From Puniceicoccales bacterium (GTDB taxonomy: Bacteria; Verrucomicrobiota; Verrucomicrobiia; Opitutales; JAIRLG01): a stretch of DNA of 32,000 nt. The stretch lies in assembly GCA_031288595.1 (NCBI GenBank), contig JAITRB010000018.1, positions 2,385-34,384 of the forward strand. The letters run 5' to 3'. The stretch's first letter is position 1. Every line of letters begins with the position of its first letter. The notes beneath the pieces were generated by a model. That model did no database searches and was not told the origin of the DNA. It saw nothing but the letters and a program-made list of their open reading frames with translations. The position numbers were made by a program, and so were the translations under genes. This document shows, in pieces, positions 1 through 8,088 of the stretch.

Positions 1-4
1 GCGC

Positions 5-1105
5 ATGGATAGGCCTCCATCGGAGACAAAAGGGCAGGTGCTCGTCGCCATGTCCGGGGGCGTGGATAGTTCCGTGGCAGCCCTACTTCTACGGCAACAG
101 GGCAGGGAAATTCTGGGTGCCTACATGCGCACCTGGCACAACGAGGATCAGCGGCAGCCGCTCGGCCACTGCCCCTGGGAGGAGGATCTACAGCAGGCCC
201 GGAGCGTCGCCGAGACCCTCCAAATCCCCTTTTCTGTCGTCAACATGATCGATCGCTACCGCCGATGGGTCGTAACGCCCCTCGTCGAGGGCTACCGGAA
301 TGGTCTGACCCCAAATCCGGATATCCTCTGCAACCGACATATCAAATTCGGCTTCCTGGCCGACTACGCTCGAGAACTGGGCTATGCCGGTCTCGCTACC
401 GGACACTACTGCCAAAAACGGACCCATGCCGATGCTTCCTGTGATCTGTTCGAAGGGGTCGATCCGAACAAGGATCAATCCTACTTCCTGGCCTATATCT
501 CCCAATCCCAGCTGCAGTTCGCACAATTTCCAGTCGGCCATTTGAAAAAGCCCGACGTGCGCGCGCTGGCTGCAGAGGCGAATCTCCGCAATGCGGCGCG
601 AAAGGATAGCCAGGGGATCTGTTTCCTGGGCAAAGTCAAGATTCGGGATTTTCTGTCCCACTATATTCCCGACTCGCCCGGGCCCATCGTCGACCCTGAA
701 GGACATATCCTGGGAGAGCACCGCGGACTCCATCAGTTCACCCTCGGGCAGCGCCACGGCATCCGCCTCCCGTCAAACCGAGATCACGAGCACTATGTCG
801 TCGTGGCCAAGAATAGGGAAAAGAATCATCTCGTCGTGGCTCTGGAAGGCTCGGCCTCCGCGTTTCTCTTCCGCCGGAGATTCACCCTGCACCAGCTCCA
901 CTTCATCCACAAACGGATAGAAAAGCCCTGCTGGCTCCTGGGTAAGCCGCGCCATCGGGATCCCTCGCAGAGCCTCTACTTCGAGCCTCTCGGCCCCAAC
1001 AGCGCCGTCGTCGAATTCCAAAACCCTCCGCGCGCCCTTGCCAGCGGACAGGTCCTCGCCCTCTACGATGAAAAATGCCTCCTAGGCGGAGGGATCTACG
1101 TTTAA
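5..1105 (+). CDS. mnmA: tRNA-specific 2-thiouridylase (tRNA U34 2-thiolation) MnmA
   Basis: 366-aa ORF. N-terminal PP-loop VAMSGGVDSSVAALLL. MnmA-type blocks NPDILCN, DQSYFL and GICFLG are present, and the length is typical. Confidence 0.95.
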   Translation: MDRPPSETKGQVLVAMSGGVDSSVAALLLRQQGREILGAYMRTWHNEDQRQPLGHCPWEEDLQQARSVAETLQIPFSVVNMIDRYRRWVVTPLVEGYRNGLTPNPDILCNRHIKFGFLADYARELGYAGLATGHYCQKRTHADASCDLFEGVDPNKDQSYFLAYISQSQLQFAQFPVGHLKKPDVRALAAEANLRNAARKDSQGICFLGKVKIRDFLSHYIPDSPGPIVDPEGHILGEHRGLHQFTLGQRHGIRLPSNRDHEHYVVVAKNREKNHLVVALEGSASAFLFRRRFTLHQLHFIHKRIEKPCWLLGKPRHRDPSQSLYFEPLGPNSAVVEFQNPPRALASGQVLALYDEKCLLGGGIYV

Positions 1106-1459
1106 AAACGGACCACAAAAGAGGCTCTTAAAACTAAACAAACAAATTCCGCTGAGAGAAAGCCTAATTATAAATATAAATTGCTTAAGAGAGGGCCCAA
1201 GATCACTTTCTAAGCCATTTGTTCCTGAGTGGATATAGGCGATAAATTCTCAGGTTCCGGTATTTGAATTTACGACACTGCCCCTCATATACCAGTACAG
1301 CTCAAGCATCCACGTCCCAGTGACCCAAGTCTGCTTATAGGGATCCCAAATCTGATCTCCGTTGACCCGAACTCCGCCATCACGGAGTTCGCCTTCCCCG
1401 TTCTCTCGACGTTTGTGAAAGCATCGATGGGTTAAGCGTCTTCGTATCATCAGAGATGG

Positions 1460-2210
1460 CCTCATCTCCATCTCTGCCCTTGCCACTTGCTAGTATTTCC
1501 CCTTGCAATACCATCGCCTCCAGCGCCACTAATGGCAATTGCTGGAGTTGAACCGATGGCAGCTAGCCAGCCGAGGATCCGATATGGGCTCCCCCTGGAT
1601 TCAGGAGCTTATCCATCGTCGATCGAAACACTCCACGTGGCCATTGAAAAAGGAGATAAATCCCCCTCATCACCCTAGATATCCGTAGCAACATCCCACT
1701 TTCCGGAAGCAATGGTCCAGGCCATAGGTATAGGCGATCGGGTTCACTTCGGGAGACGCATCAGCATCTGGGTTCACTCCTGCTAGGGGCACGGCACTGA
1801 CATGGAGCCAGGCGGCACCCGTAGGCATGCCTCCGCCAGCATCGATGAGCACTTTAGGGACTTTGCCTCCTGCCATCTTTCCCCAACAGGCATCATCATT
1901 CCACAGAGAGACAGCCGCTTCATTGAGAACGCCCGCTCGAGCGAGTACCCTTGTCCAAGGATAAGCCACTATACCGTATCCACTCTCACTCCTGGACCTA
2001 GGGTCCCTGTCTCGCCGGAGAATCCGCTGCGATAATCGATAAATGCCAGCGCGATCTGCCGCATGTTGCTCGCTCCGCGCGCACGGTGGAAGTCCGAAGC
2101 CCCCCTTGTAGCAAGGGAATGAGGATGGCCGTAAGGATCGCGATGATCACGGGCATCCCCTCACTTCCCTCAACGTGAAGCCGCACTCTGCGTCGCGACT
2201 GGAGCGCTTC
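1460..2210 (-). pseudogene. Decayed tandem paralog of the prepilin-type H-X9-DG protein at 2170-2856
   Basis: Minus-strand pieces in at least four frames align in order with the intact neighbour. GFTLREV lies at 2162-2182. PVIIAILTAILIPLL lies in the frame of ORF 1998-2441. MRQIALAFIDYRSGFSGE matches MRQLAVAYMNYSNTFGD. AYPWTRVLARAGVLNEAAVSLWNDD...NPIAYTYGLD (ORF 1670-1969) matches HYDWALELAKANVLNEANVYFWTDD...TPIAWTRGLD. GGFISFFNGHVECF (about 1625-1666) matches GGFVAFLDGHVEWF. Stops or frameshifts separate every piece. The lower boundary is approximate. Confidence 0.6.
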
Positions 2211-2856
2211 CCCCAGTAACGGTAGCCGCATCAATGGGACTCGTGACAGCAGACCCATCTGGGGCAACAAGTTTGCTTGCCGTGGTTTCAAACCATTCCA
2301 CATGGCCATCGAGAAAAGCGACAAAGCCACCCGCATCCCCATAAACACCCTTAGAGGCATCCCAGTTTCCGGTTTCCAAATCCAACCCACGAGTCCAAGC
2401 GATCGGCGTCGTCGTGGCTGGGGCATTGGGATCCACACCAACCAACATCACCACGCTGGGGCCTGGATCAGTCCAATATCCATTGGAGGGCCAGCCGCTG
2501 CCGTTTTTGACAAATTTCGGAATATCCGTTTTCCCCTTCAACAGCGGATCATCCGTCCAGAAGTACACATTTGCCTCGTTGAGCACATTGGCCTTAGCCA
2601 ACTCCAAGGCCCAATCGTAGTGCGATACTACCCTCGTAGGCATCGTCCGTTGATCCCCAAATGTATTGCTGTAATTCATATACGCCACCGCCAGTTGCCG
2701 CATGCTGTTCGAACCTCGCGTACGACGGGCGCTGTCGATCGCCTTTCGTACCGACGGAACAAGAATGGCCGAAAGGATAGCGATGATCGCGATCACCACC
2801 ATTAACTCCATCAGTGTGAAGCCTTGTCCCCCAGATTTCTTCTCCATAATACCCAC
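2170..2856 (-). CDS. Prepilin-type N-terminal cleavage/methylation domain protein, H-X9-DG family (pseudopilin-like)
   Basis: N-terminus is GFTLMELMVVIAIIAILSAILVP, a class III signal with a hydrophobic helix. The C-terminal motif GGFVAFLDGHVEWF is the H-X9-DG signature of the large PVC-group paralog family. Confidence 0.9.
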   Translation of the reverse strand: MGIMEKKSGGQGFTLMELMVVIAIIAILSAILVPSVRKAIDSARRTRGSNSMRQLAVAYMNYSNTFGDQRTMPTRVVSHYDWALELAKANVLNEANVYFWTDDPLLKGKTDIPKFVKNGSGWPSNGYWTDPGPSVVMLVGVDPNAPATTTPIAWTRGLDLETGNWDASKGVYGDAGGFVAFLDGHVEWFETTASKLVAPDGSAVTSPIDAATVTGGSAPVATQSAASR

Positions 2857-2880
2857 CTCTCCAAATTCTGTAAAATCTAT

Positions 2881-2908
2881 CAGCCCCGGTACGGGGCTGT
2901 TCTTTTCT
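2881..2908 (-). terminator. Possible (bidirectional) intrinsic terminator downstream of glyA
   Basis: Hairpin CAGCCCCG-GTA-CGGGGCTG at 2881-2899. It is flanked by TTCTTTTCT on the plus strand and by ATAGATTTTA on the minus strand. It sits 49 nt downstream of the glyA stop. Confidence 0.4.
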
Positions 2909-2947
2909 AGTGTAGAGAATTGAATTTAACGAATATTCATACCGGCG

Positions 2948-4219
2948 TCAATATTTTAATGGGAAATTTCGACAGAATTCCCATACTTCGGCGCGAATGG
3001 CCTTGGGCAAATCATCGTCATTCGGTGCAGAGAGGATCCGTTCGATCCATGCAGCGATCAGCTTCATCTCCGCTTCCCGCATCCCACGGGTCGTCACGGC
3101 CGGAGTGCCCAGGCGCAGCCCGCTTGCCTGAAAGGGATTACGCGTCTCTCTCGGCACCGTATTGGCGTTGACCGTGATGCCGGCCGCTTCCAGGGCCGTC
3201 GCCGCCGCTCGGCCGCTCAAGTTCGGAGACGTCGGTCGCAGATCCAAGAGCAAGAGGTGATTCTCGGTACCGGAACCGACGAGGTACAGACCCAGCCGCT
3301 GCAATTCTCCGGCTAAAGCTCGGGCATTGGCCAAAATCTGCCGCTGGTAGTCCCCGAACTCCGGCCGCAAGGCCTCGCCGAAGCAGACTGCCTTCCCCGC
3401 GATGACATGCATCAGAGGCCCACCCTGATTGCCAGGGAAAACCGATGCGTCGATCGCCCGGGCCCATTTCTCCCGACACAGAATCATCCCGCCGCGAGGA
3501 CCGCGCAGGGTCTTGTGCGTCGTCGTCGTGACGAAATCCGCATGGGGAATCGGAGAGGGGTGCAGTCCAGCCACGACCAGTCCGGCGATATGGGCGATGT
3601 CGGCCAGCAGCAGTGCCCCAGACGCCTGTGCGATCTCCCCGACCCTCTGGAAATCGATGGTCCTGGGATAGGCCGAGGCGCCGATGGTGATCAATCGCGG
3701 TCGCTCGCGGGTGGCGATTTCTCCCAGAGCCTGGTAATCGATGGCACCGGTCTGCGGGTCGATGTCATAATGGGAAACCTGATAGAGCATGCCGCTGAGA
3801 TTTTTGGGATGCCCATGGGTCAGATGTCCCCCATTTTCGAGGGAAAGGCTCAGAATCCGGTCACCTGGCCTCAGCACTGCCGTGTAGACCGCGAGGTTCG
3901 CCTGGGTCCCCGAGTGCGGCTGGACATTGGCATGTTCCGCGCCGAAGAGCCGACGGGCACGCCCTATGGCCAGGGCCTCGATCCCATCCACGCATTCGCA
4001 GCCGCCATAATAGCGCCGCTGGGGATAGCCCTCGGCGTATTTGTTGGTCAAAATGCTGCCGACAGTTTCCAATATCGCTGGCGAGGTGAAATTTTCCGAG
4101 GCGATCAGCTCGATGCCCTCGTTCTGCCGGTGCCACTCTCGATGGATCCAGGTGGCCACTTCGGGATCCTGCCGCTCCAGAGAAGAGAGATTCATCATGG
4201 ATCCCTGAGCATGGGCCAT
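2948..4219 (-). CDS. glyA: Serine hydroxymethyltransferase
   Basis: 423-aa ORF with SHMT blocks [25 protein letters not shown] and the PLP-lysine region [14 protein letters not shown]. The start could be one of the internal Met codons (MMNLSS) a few codons downstream. Confidence 0.97.
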   Translation of the reverse strand: MAHAQGSMMNLSSLERQDPEVATWIHREWHRQNEGIELIASENFTSPAILETVGSILTNKYAEGYPQRRYYGGCECVDGIEALAIGRARRLFGAEHANVQPHSGTQANLAVYTAVLRPGDRILSLSLENGGHLTHGHPKNLSGMLYQVSHYDIDPQTGAIDYQALGEIATRERPRLITIGASAYPRTIDFQRVGEIAQASGALLLADIAHIAGLVVAGLHPSPIPHADFVTTTTHKTLRGPRGGMILCREKWARAIDASVFPGNQGGPLMHVIAGKAVCFGEALRPEFGDYQRQILANARALAGELQRLGLYLVGSGTENHLLLLDLRPTSPNLSGRAAATALEAAGITVNANTVPRETRNPFQASGLRLGTPAVTTRGMREAEMKLIAAWIERILSAPNDDDLPKAIRAEVWEFCRNFPLKY

Positions 4220-4294
4220 CCACTGGCATCGGCAAATGAATTCTCTCCATCGATTCGGGAAATCGACAGCGGCTATTGCTACGGGTTTTGGTGT

Positions 4295-4392
4295 GCGCTG
4301 TCCTTTGGCTCCCGAAGGGAGCGCCCGCGCAGCGGGCCCCAGCGGAGAAAATCAAAGGGGCCCTTTGATTTTCTCCGCTGCAAAGACAGCGC
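4295..4392 (+). repeat. Cloverleaf (closed four-way junction) intergenic element, copy A
   Basis: Closing stem GCGCTGTC(C)TTTG 4295-4307 pairs with CAAAGACAGCGC 4381-4392. Arm 1 is GCTCCC-GAA-GGGAGC at 4308-4322. Arm 2 is GCCCGC-GCA-GCGGGC at 4323-4337. Arm 3 is a near-perfect 41-nt palindrome, CAGCGGAGAAAATCAAAGGG/CCCTTTGATTTTCTCCGCTG, at 4340-4380. It lies between the divergent glyA and xseA starts. For all copies, strand is assigned by arm order (short, short, long). Confidence 0.85.
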
Positions 4393-4465
4393 CCCAAACA
4401 CACAACACTCTCACTCCTCTCCCTCAGGACTTGTCGAACGGCTGCTATACTTATAACTCTCTTCC

Positions 4466-5842
4466 GTGATTCCATCAGCCAATGACAGTTCCTCCACCTG
4501 GGATACGGAAAAAATCTACAGCATTTCCTTCCTGACAGAGCAAATACAAGGCCTTCTGGACTCCCATATCCCCATGCTCTGGATCGGCGGCGAAGTCTCC
4601 AACTTCCGGCAGCAGAGCTCAGGCCATCTCTACTTCAGCCTCCAGGACGAGCGGAGCCAGATCGCCTGCGTTCTCTTCCGCGGCGATGCCCTGCAGCTCC
4701 GCTTCCCATTGGAAAACGGAAAATCTATTATCTGCTACGGCAGCCTGGAGATCTATGCCCCGCGGGGTCAGTATCAGTGGATTGTACGCCACGTATTACC
4801 CTGCGGTACGGGGCAGCGGGATGCGGAATTCCAAAAACTCAAGGAGCGTTGCCGGAACGAAGGACTCTTCGATGCCGAGCGCAAGCGGCCGATCCCCCTC
4901 ACGGCCTGTCCCATCGCTCTGCTCAGCTCCCCGACCGGTGCCGCACTGCAGGATTTTCTCCAAATCCTGCGCCGGAAGAACTGGCGAGGTGAGATCATCT
5001 TCTTCCCCTGCCGAGTGCAGGGCGATGAATCCGTCCAGGACTTTCTCCATAGTCTCTATCTGGCCCAGCAGTCTCCGGCTGAACTCATCGTCCTGGCCAG
5101 AGGCGGTGGCAGTGCTGAAGATCTTTGGGCCTTCAACTCCGAGGCTATCGTTAGAAAAATAGCTGATTGTTCCAAACCCATCATCTCCGCCATCGGTCAT
5201 GAGACCGATTTCACTTTGGTCGACTTCGTAGCAGACCTGCGTGCCGAAACCCCCTCCGCCGCAGCGGAAATCATCGCGACGAATTATCAAAACGCCCGAC
5301 AGCATTGGCGAGATTTAGAAGAACGGTTGACAGGAATTCTCGAAGAATACAAGCTCCGACAGCGGCAGCACTGGCAGTTTTTGCGACAACGCCTACAGCA
5401 CGTCTCTCCCGAGCGGCTGATCGAGCACCGGCAGCACCAGCTCCAGCAGACCTCCCACCGATTTTTAGAAACCGCCCGCTTTACTCTCGCATCCAAAAGA
5501 GAAGGATTCCTGAGCCTTCAGCGGCGCTGGGAGAGCTATGACATCGGACGTAATCTCCGCAGCGGGTTTTTGATCGCCGAAAATTTTCAGGGAAAAATCC
5601 TCCGCCACCGTCATGATGTCCCTCTGGGCAGTGAGCTGATCCTCCATTTCCAGGATGGCCCGCTGCAAGTTAGCAGCAGTGCCCCCTCGATAAGCTACCT
5701 CTCATCAGGGATAAGTAGTATGGATCAGATTCAAAGTCCTTCTCCCAGTCCTGGTGGTGGGGGAGCGATTCGAACGCTCGAAGGGGAAACCCCGACAGAT
5801 TTACAGTCTGCACCCTTTAGCCTCTTGGATACCCCACCATGA
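4466..5842 (+). CDS. xseA: Exodeoxyribonuclease VII large subunit
   Basis: GTG-start ORF of 458 aa. XseA blocks are SGHLYFSLQD (OB fold), ARGGGSAEDLWAFN and ISAIGHETDFT, followed by a coiled-coil region and the C-terminal GSELILHFQDGPLQV domain. The last ~55 codons are low-complexity, and the final 29 run antisense through tRNA-Tyr. Confidence 0.9.
   Translation: MIPSANDSSSTWDTEKIYSISFLTEQIQGLLDSHIPMLWIGGEVSNFRQQSSGHLYFSLQDERSQIACVLFRGDALQLRFPLENGKSIICYGSLEIYAPRGQYQWIVRHVLPCGTGQRDAEFQKLKERCRNEGLFDAERKRPIPLTACPIALLSSPTGAALQDFLQILRRKNWRGEIIFFPCRVQGDESVQDFLHSLYLAQQSPAELIVLARGGGSAEDLWAFNSEAIVRKIADCSKPIISAIGHETDFTLVDFVADLRAETPSAAAEIIATNYQNARQHWRDLEERLTGILEEYKLRQRQHWQFLRQRLQHVSPERLIEHRQHQLQQTSHRFLETARFTLASKREGFLSLQRRWESYDIGRNLRSGFLIAENFQGKILRHRHDVPLGSELILHFQDGPLQVSSSAPSISYLSSGISSMDQIQSPSPSPGGGGAIRTLEGETPTDLQSAPFSLLDTPP
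5752..5838 (-). tRNA. tRNA-Tyr (anticodon GUA), class II with long variable arm, CCA encoded
   Basis: The reverse complement is GGTGGGGTATCCAAGAGGCTAAAGGGTGCAGACTGTAAATCTGTCGGGGTTTCCCCTTCGAGCGTTCGAATCGCTCCCCCACCACCA. Acceptor is GGTGGGG/CCCCACC. The anticodon loop is CTGTAAA. The T-arm is GAGCG-TTCGAAT-CGCTC. It closely resembles canonical bacterial tRNA-Tyr. Confidence 0.95.
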
Positions 5843-5981
5843 CCGGAATTTTTCTGAAGCTAGAGGCCCGTTGAGGCTTAGCAAGATAATTTTGTTCCAT
5901 GGCCAGCTATGAGCTGCAGATGGGCGACCGAGTATCGTTGGGGAGGAGCGAAATTGCGAGAGGAGCAGGGCGGTGCTTGTG

Positions 5982-6077
5982 TTGCCGGCTTTGGCAGAGG
6001 AAGGCAGGGGCGCTGCCCCTGCCCTCCTCTGTGGCCCGCGTCGCGGGCCTGATTCCGCAGGAATCCAAAGCCGGCAA
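5982..6077 (-). repeat. Cloverleaf intergenic element, copy H
   Basis: Read on the minus strand. Closing stem is TTGCCGGCTTTG/CAAAGCCGGCAA (plus-strand 5982-5993 and 6066-6077). Arm 1 is GATTCC-TGC-GGAATC at 6051-6065. Arm 2 is GGCCCGC-GAC-GCGGGCC at 6033-6049. Arm 3 is CAGAGGAGGGCAGGGGC-AGC-GCCCCTGCCTTCCTCTG at 5995-6031, with one G:T (G:U) pair on this strand (A:C on the other). It lies between alr and tRNA-Tyr. Confidence 0.85.
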
Positions 6078-6341
6078 ACGACAAAAATCCTCCCTATTTT
6101 TCCAATGAAAGAAAGCTCCACGAAACACCCAATTTCCCCATAAAGCCCCAGAAGACCAAAGGGTGTAAACCCCTACTCTTGCTATGGGGAGCTCGTTATC
6201 CCGTAAGTCCCAATATCTACCCCAGGATAACACGATTAAAGCGAGCATATACGAAGGTGTATATTACCCCTCTCCATATGAGGCAGCCTGCGCAATTGTA
6301 GAGATGCCATGGGCAGAAGATAGATACCTCTGGATACGGAA

Positions 6342-7505
6342 TTACCTGACATACACTCGCCGGACTCGGGAAGGAATCGAGCAGAGGCACTCGCGGATGA
6401 TGCGCTGCGACCAGCGGCAGAACTCGTTGAGCGTGATCTCATCCTCTCCGTCACGTCCGATCCAGGTCACGCGGTCGCCCACTCGAATGGGCATTCTGGC
6501 CCCTGTGATATCGAGGAGGGTCTGATCCATCGCCACCCGACCCAGGACTCTGAATCGCTGTCCGTGAATGAGCGCTTCGGCCACATTGGAAGCATGGGTC
6601 GAAATCCCATCGGCATAACCGGCACTTAAAAGCGCGATATGGGTTGGTCGATGGGTCATCGCCATCGCGTCGTAGCCAATCGGGACTCCAGCCGGGAGCA
6701 TTTTAACAAGACTGACCCGGCTATAGAAGCTCAGAACCGGTTCTAGGGAGAGCGAACGGATGAAGGGCAGCTGGCACTCCGGCCCCACGCCGTACTGCAA
6801 TGCGCCGATGCGAACGGCATTGCAGGGAGAATTTTCCCAGGTCCCCGGCAGCGAAAAGCTAGCACTCTCGTGAATCCAAAGTTCCGGAGACAGGGGGCCA
6901 CAAGCCTTCTTATAGCGTTCCAGCCAATGGCCAAAGCGTCGGCGCTGGAGCTCGGTATAGGCCTGATTCGAACAGGCACAGGAAAAATGCGTCGCGATAC
7001 CCGTGATGCGGAGCCAAGGGTCTCTGCCAAAGGCCCTAAGGGCCTCTTCCACCGCATCCCCGTACCAGAACCCGACCCGACCCATGCCTGTATCCACCTT
7101 CAGATGGACGGAAATCGCCTTTCCCCGCTCTTGCGCGTAGAGCCGCAGATGCCGCAGTTCTTCCAAACTCGACATGAAGGGCGTCAGCTGGTATTCGAAT
7201 AAAAATGGAACTTCCTCCGGCAACACCGGGCTCAGAATGAGCACCGGAAGGCTTTTATCCTGCTCGCGAATGCGAATGGCCTCCTGCACATTGGCCACTC
7301 CGAAGGCATCGATGCCAAGCTGCAGCATCCGCGAAACAACAGCCGATAGGCCATGGCCATAGGCATCGGCCTTTACCACTGCGATGTAATGCGCGCAATC
7401 CGGGAGATGCTGACGGATATGCTTAATATTGAGCTCTAGGAGCCCGAGGTCGATTTCAGCCCAGGCCCGAAGGGCGCGCGTATCGGTTGGCGTTGAAAAG
7501 AGCAT
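6342..7505 (-). CDS. alr: Alanine racemase
   Basis: 387-aa ORF with the PLP-lysine motif VVKADAYGHG near the N-terminus. Alr length and C-terminal beta-domain blocks (GYADG, R.PM) fit. Confidence 0.95.
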   Translation of the reverse strand: MLFSTPTDTRALRAWAEIDLGLLELNIKHIRQHLPDCAHYIAVVKADAYGHGLSAVVSRMLQLGIDAFGVANVQEAIRIREQDKSLPVLILSPVLPEEVPFLFEYQLTPFMSSLEELRHLRLYAQERGKAISVHLKVDTGMGRVGFWYGDAVEEALRAFGRDPWLRITGIATHFSCACSNQAYTELQRRRFGHWLERYKKACGPLSPELWIHESASFSLPGTWENSPCNAVRIGALQYGVGPECQLPFIRSLSLEPVLSFYSRVSLVKMLPAGVPIGYDAMAMTHRPTHIALLSAGYADGISTHASNVAEALIHGQRFRVLGRVAMDQTLLDITGARMPIRVGDRVTWIGRDGEDEITLNEFCRWSQRIIRECLCSIPSRVRRVYVR

Positions 7506-7680
7506 GACTGAGGCTCAGCTATCTGGTCGCGTAATAGCGAAAGCGGAAGGAAGGACTGTCAAAAGCAAAAAATGTAAGAGGCAGAGGAAAAGTTTGGAAA
7601 TTTGGAAGCTCCTTATCTCTAGCCCTGTACTCCGCTCGGCCTATCCCCAGCCCAGGGATCCCGGGTTGGGAGGGTGGTGG

Positions 7681-7769
7681 GCTGGCTTTACAAGAGACAA
7701 ATGGCAGAAGGCCATTTGCCTCTTGCCGCCCGCGCAGCGGGCCCGATGCCGAAGGCATCAAAAGCCAGC
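7681..7769 (-). repeat. Cloverleaf intergenic element, copy G
   Basis: Read on the minus strand. Closing stem is GCTGGCTTT/AAAGCCAGC (7681-7689 and 7761-7769). Arm 1 is GATGCC-TTC-GGCATC at 7745-7759. Arm 2 is GCCCGC-TGC-GCGGGC at 7728-7742. Arm 3 is CAAGAGGCAAATGGC-CTTCT-GCCATTTGTCTCTTG at 7691-7725, with one G:T (G:U) pair on this strand (A7697:C7719 mismatch on plus). It lies between tRNA-His and the alr start. Confidence 0.85.
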
Positions 7770-7935
7770 CAGCAGAGAAATTCCCCAATTAGGCTATTGA
7801 GATAAAAGAACAACTGTTCCCAGCGAATACAGCAGGAGAAGCCTTTCTATTTCCCGAAGCGCCGAAAAGGGCAGCGTCAAAATGCTCAACCACAGCAAGT
7901 TCTCCTTGTCCAAAACTAACTCCTCCAGTCCTTAC

Positions 7936-8013
7936 TGGGGTGGCTAACCGGATTCGAACCGGTGACCCTCGGAACCACAATCCGATGCTCTAACCAGCTG
8001 AGCTACAGCCACC
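7936..8013 (-). tRNA. tRNA-His (anticodon GUG) with genome-encoded G-1 and CCA
   Basis: The reverse complement is G-GTGGCTG-TA-GCTC-AGCTGGTTA-GAGC-A-TCGGA-TTGTGGT-TCCGA-GGGTC-ACCGG-TTCGAAT-CCGGT-TAGCCAC-C-CCA. The extra 5' G opposite C73 is the bacterial tRNA-His hallmark. Confidence 0.95.
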
Positions 8014-8088
8014 AACCCCAGTCCAGGCAATCGCTTGCTGGGCTTTTGTCAAGTGAGCTTCCGGAAGCCGCTTCGGCAGGTAAAACGG

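Noticed and set aside
1250-1486. 78-aa minus-strand ORF (…DGGVRVNGDQIWDPYKQTWVTGTWMLELYWYMRGS…) downstream of the pseudopilin remnant.
   Set aside because: It has no recognisable motif and an alternative start codon. It lies in AT-richer DNA contiguous with a decayed gene and may be more debris. The support is not sufficient to call a CDS.
3407-4456. Long antisense or alternative-frame ORFs inside well-supported genes: 3407-4456 opposite glyA, 21543-22538 opposite pheT, 11747-12772 in another frame of mraY, 14466-15119 opposite the Zn-ribbon gene and 28287-28895 opposite the 7TM-HD gene.
   Set aside because: The overlapping frames carry unmistakable family motifs. The shadow ORFs are typical of GC-rich DNA and have biased, motif-free translations.
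6086-6341. About 255 nt of unassigned, somewhat AT-richer spacer between alr and cloverleaf copy H, and the purine-rich alr leader at 7506-7680. Both were considered as possible small RNAs or leader elements.
   Set aside because: I could not find a convincing conserved fold, promoter/terminator pair or ORF by eye. They would need transcriptome or comparative data.
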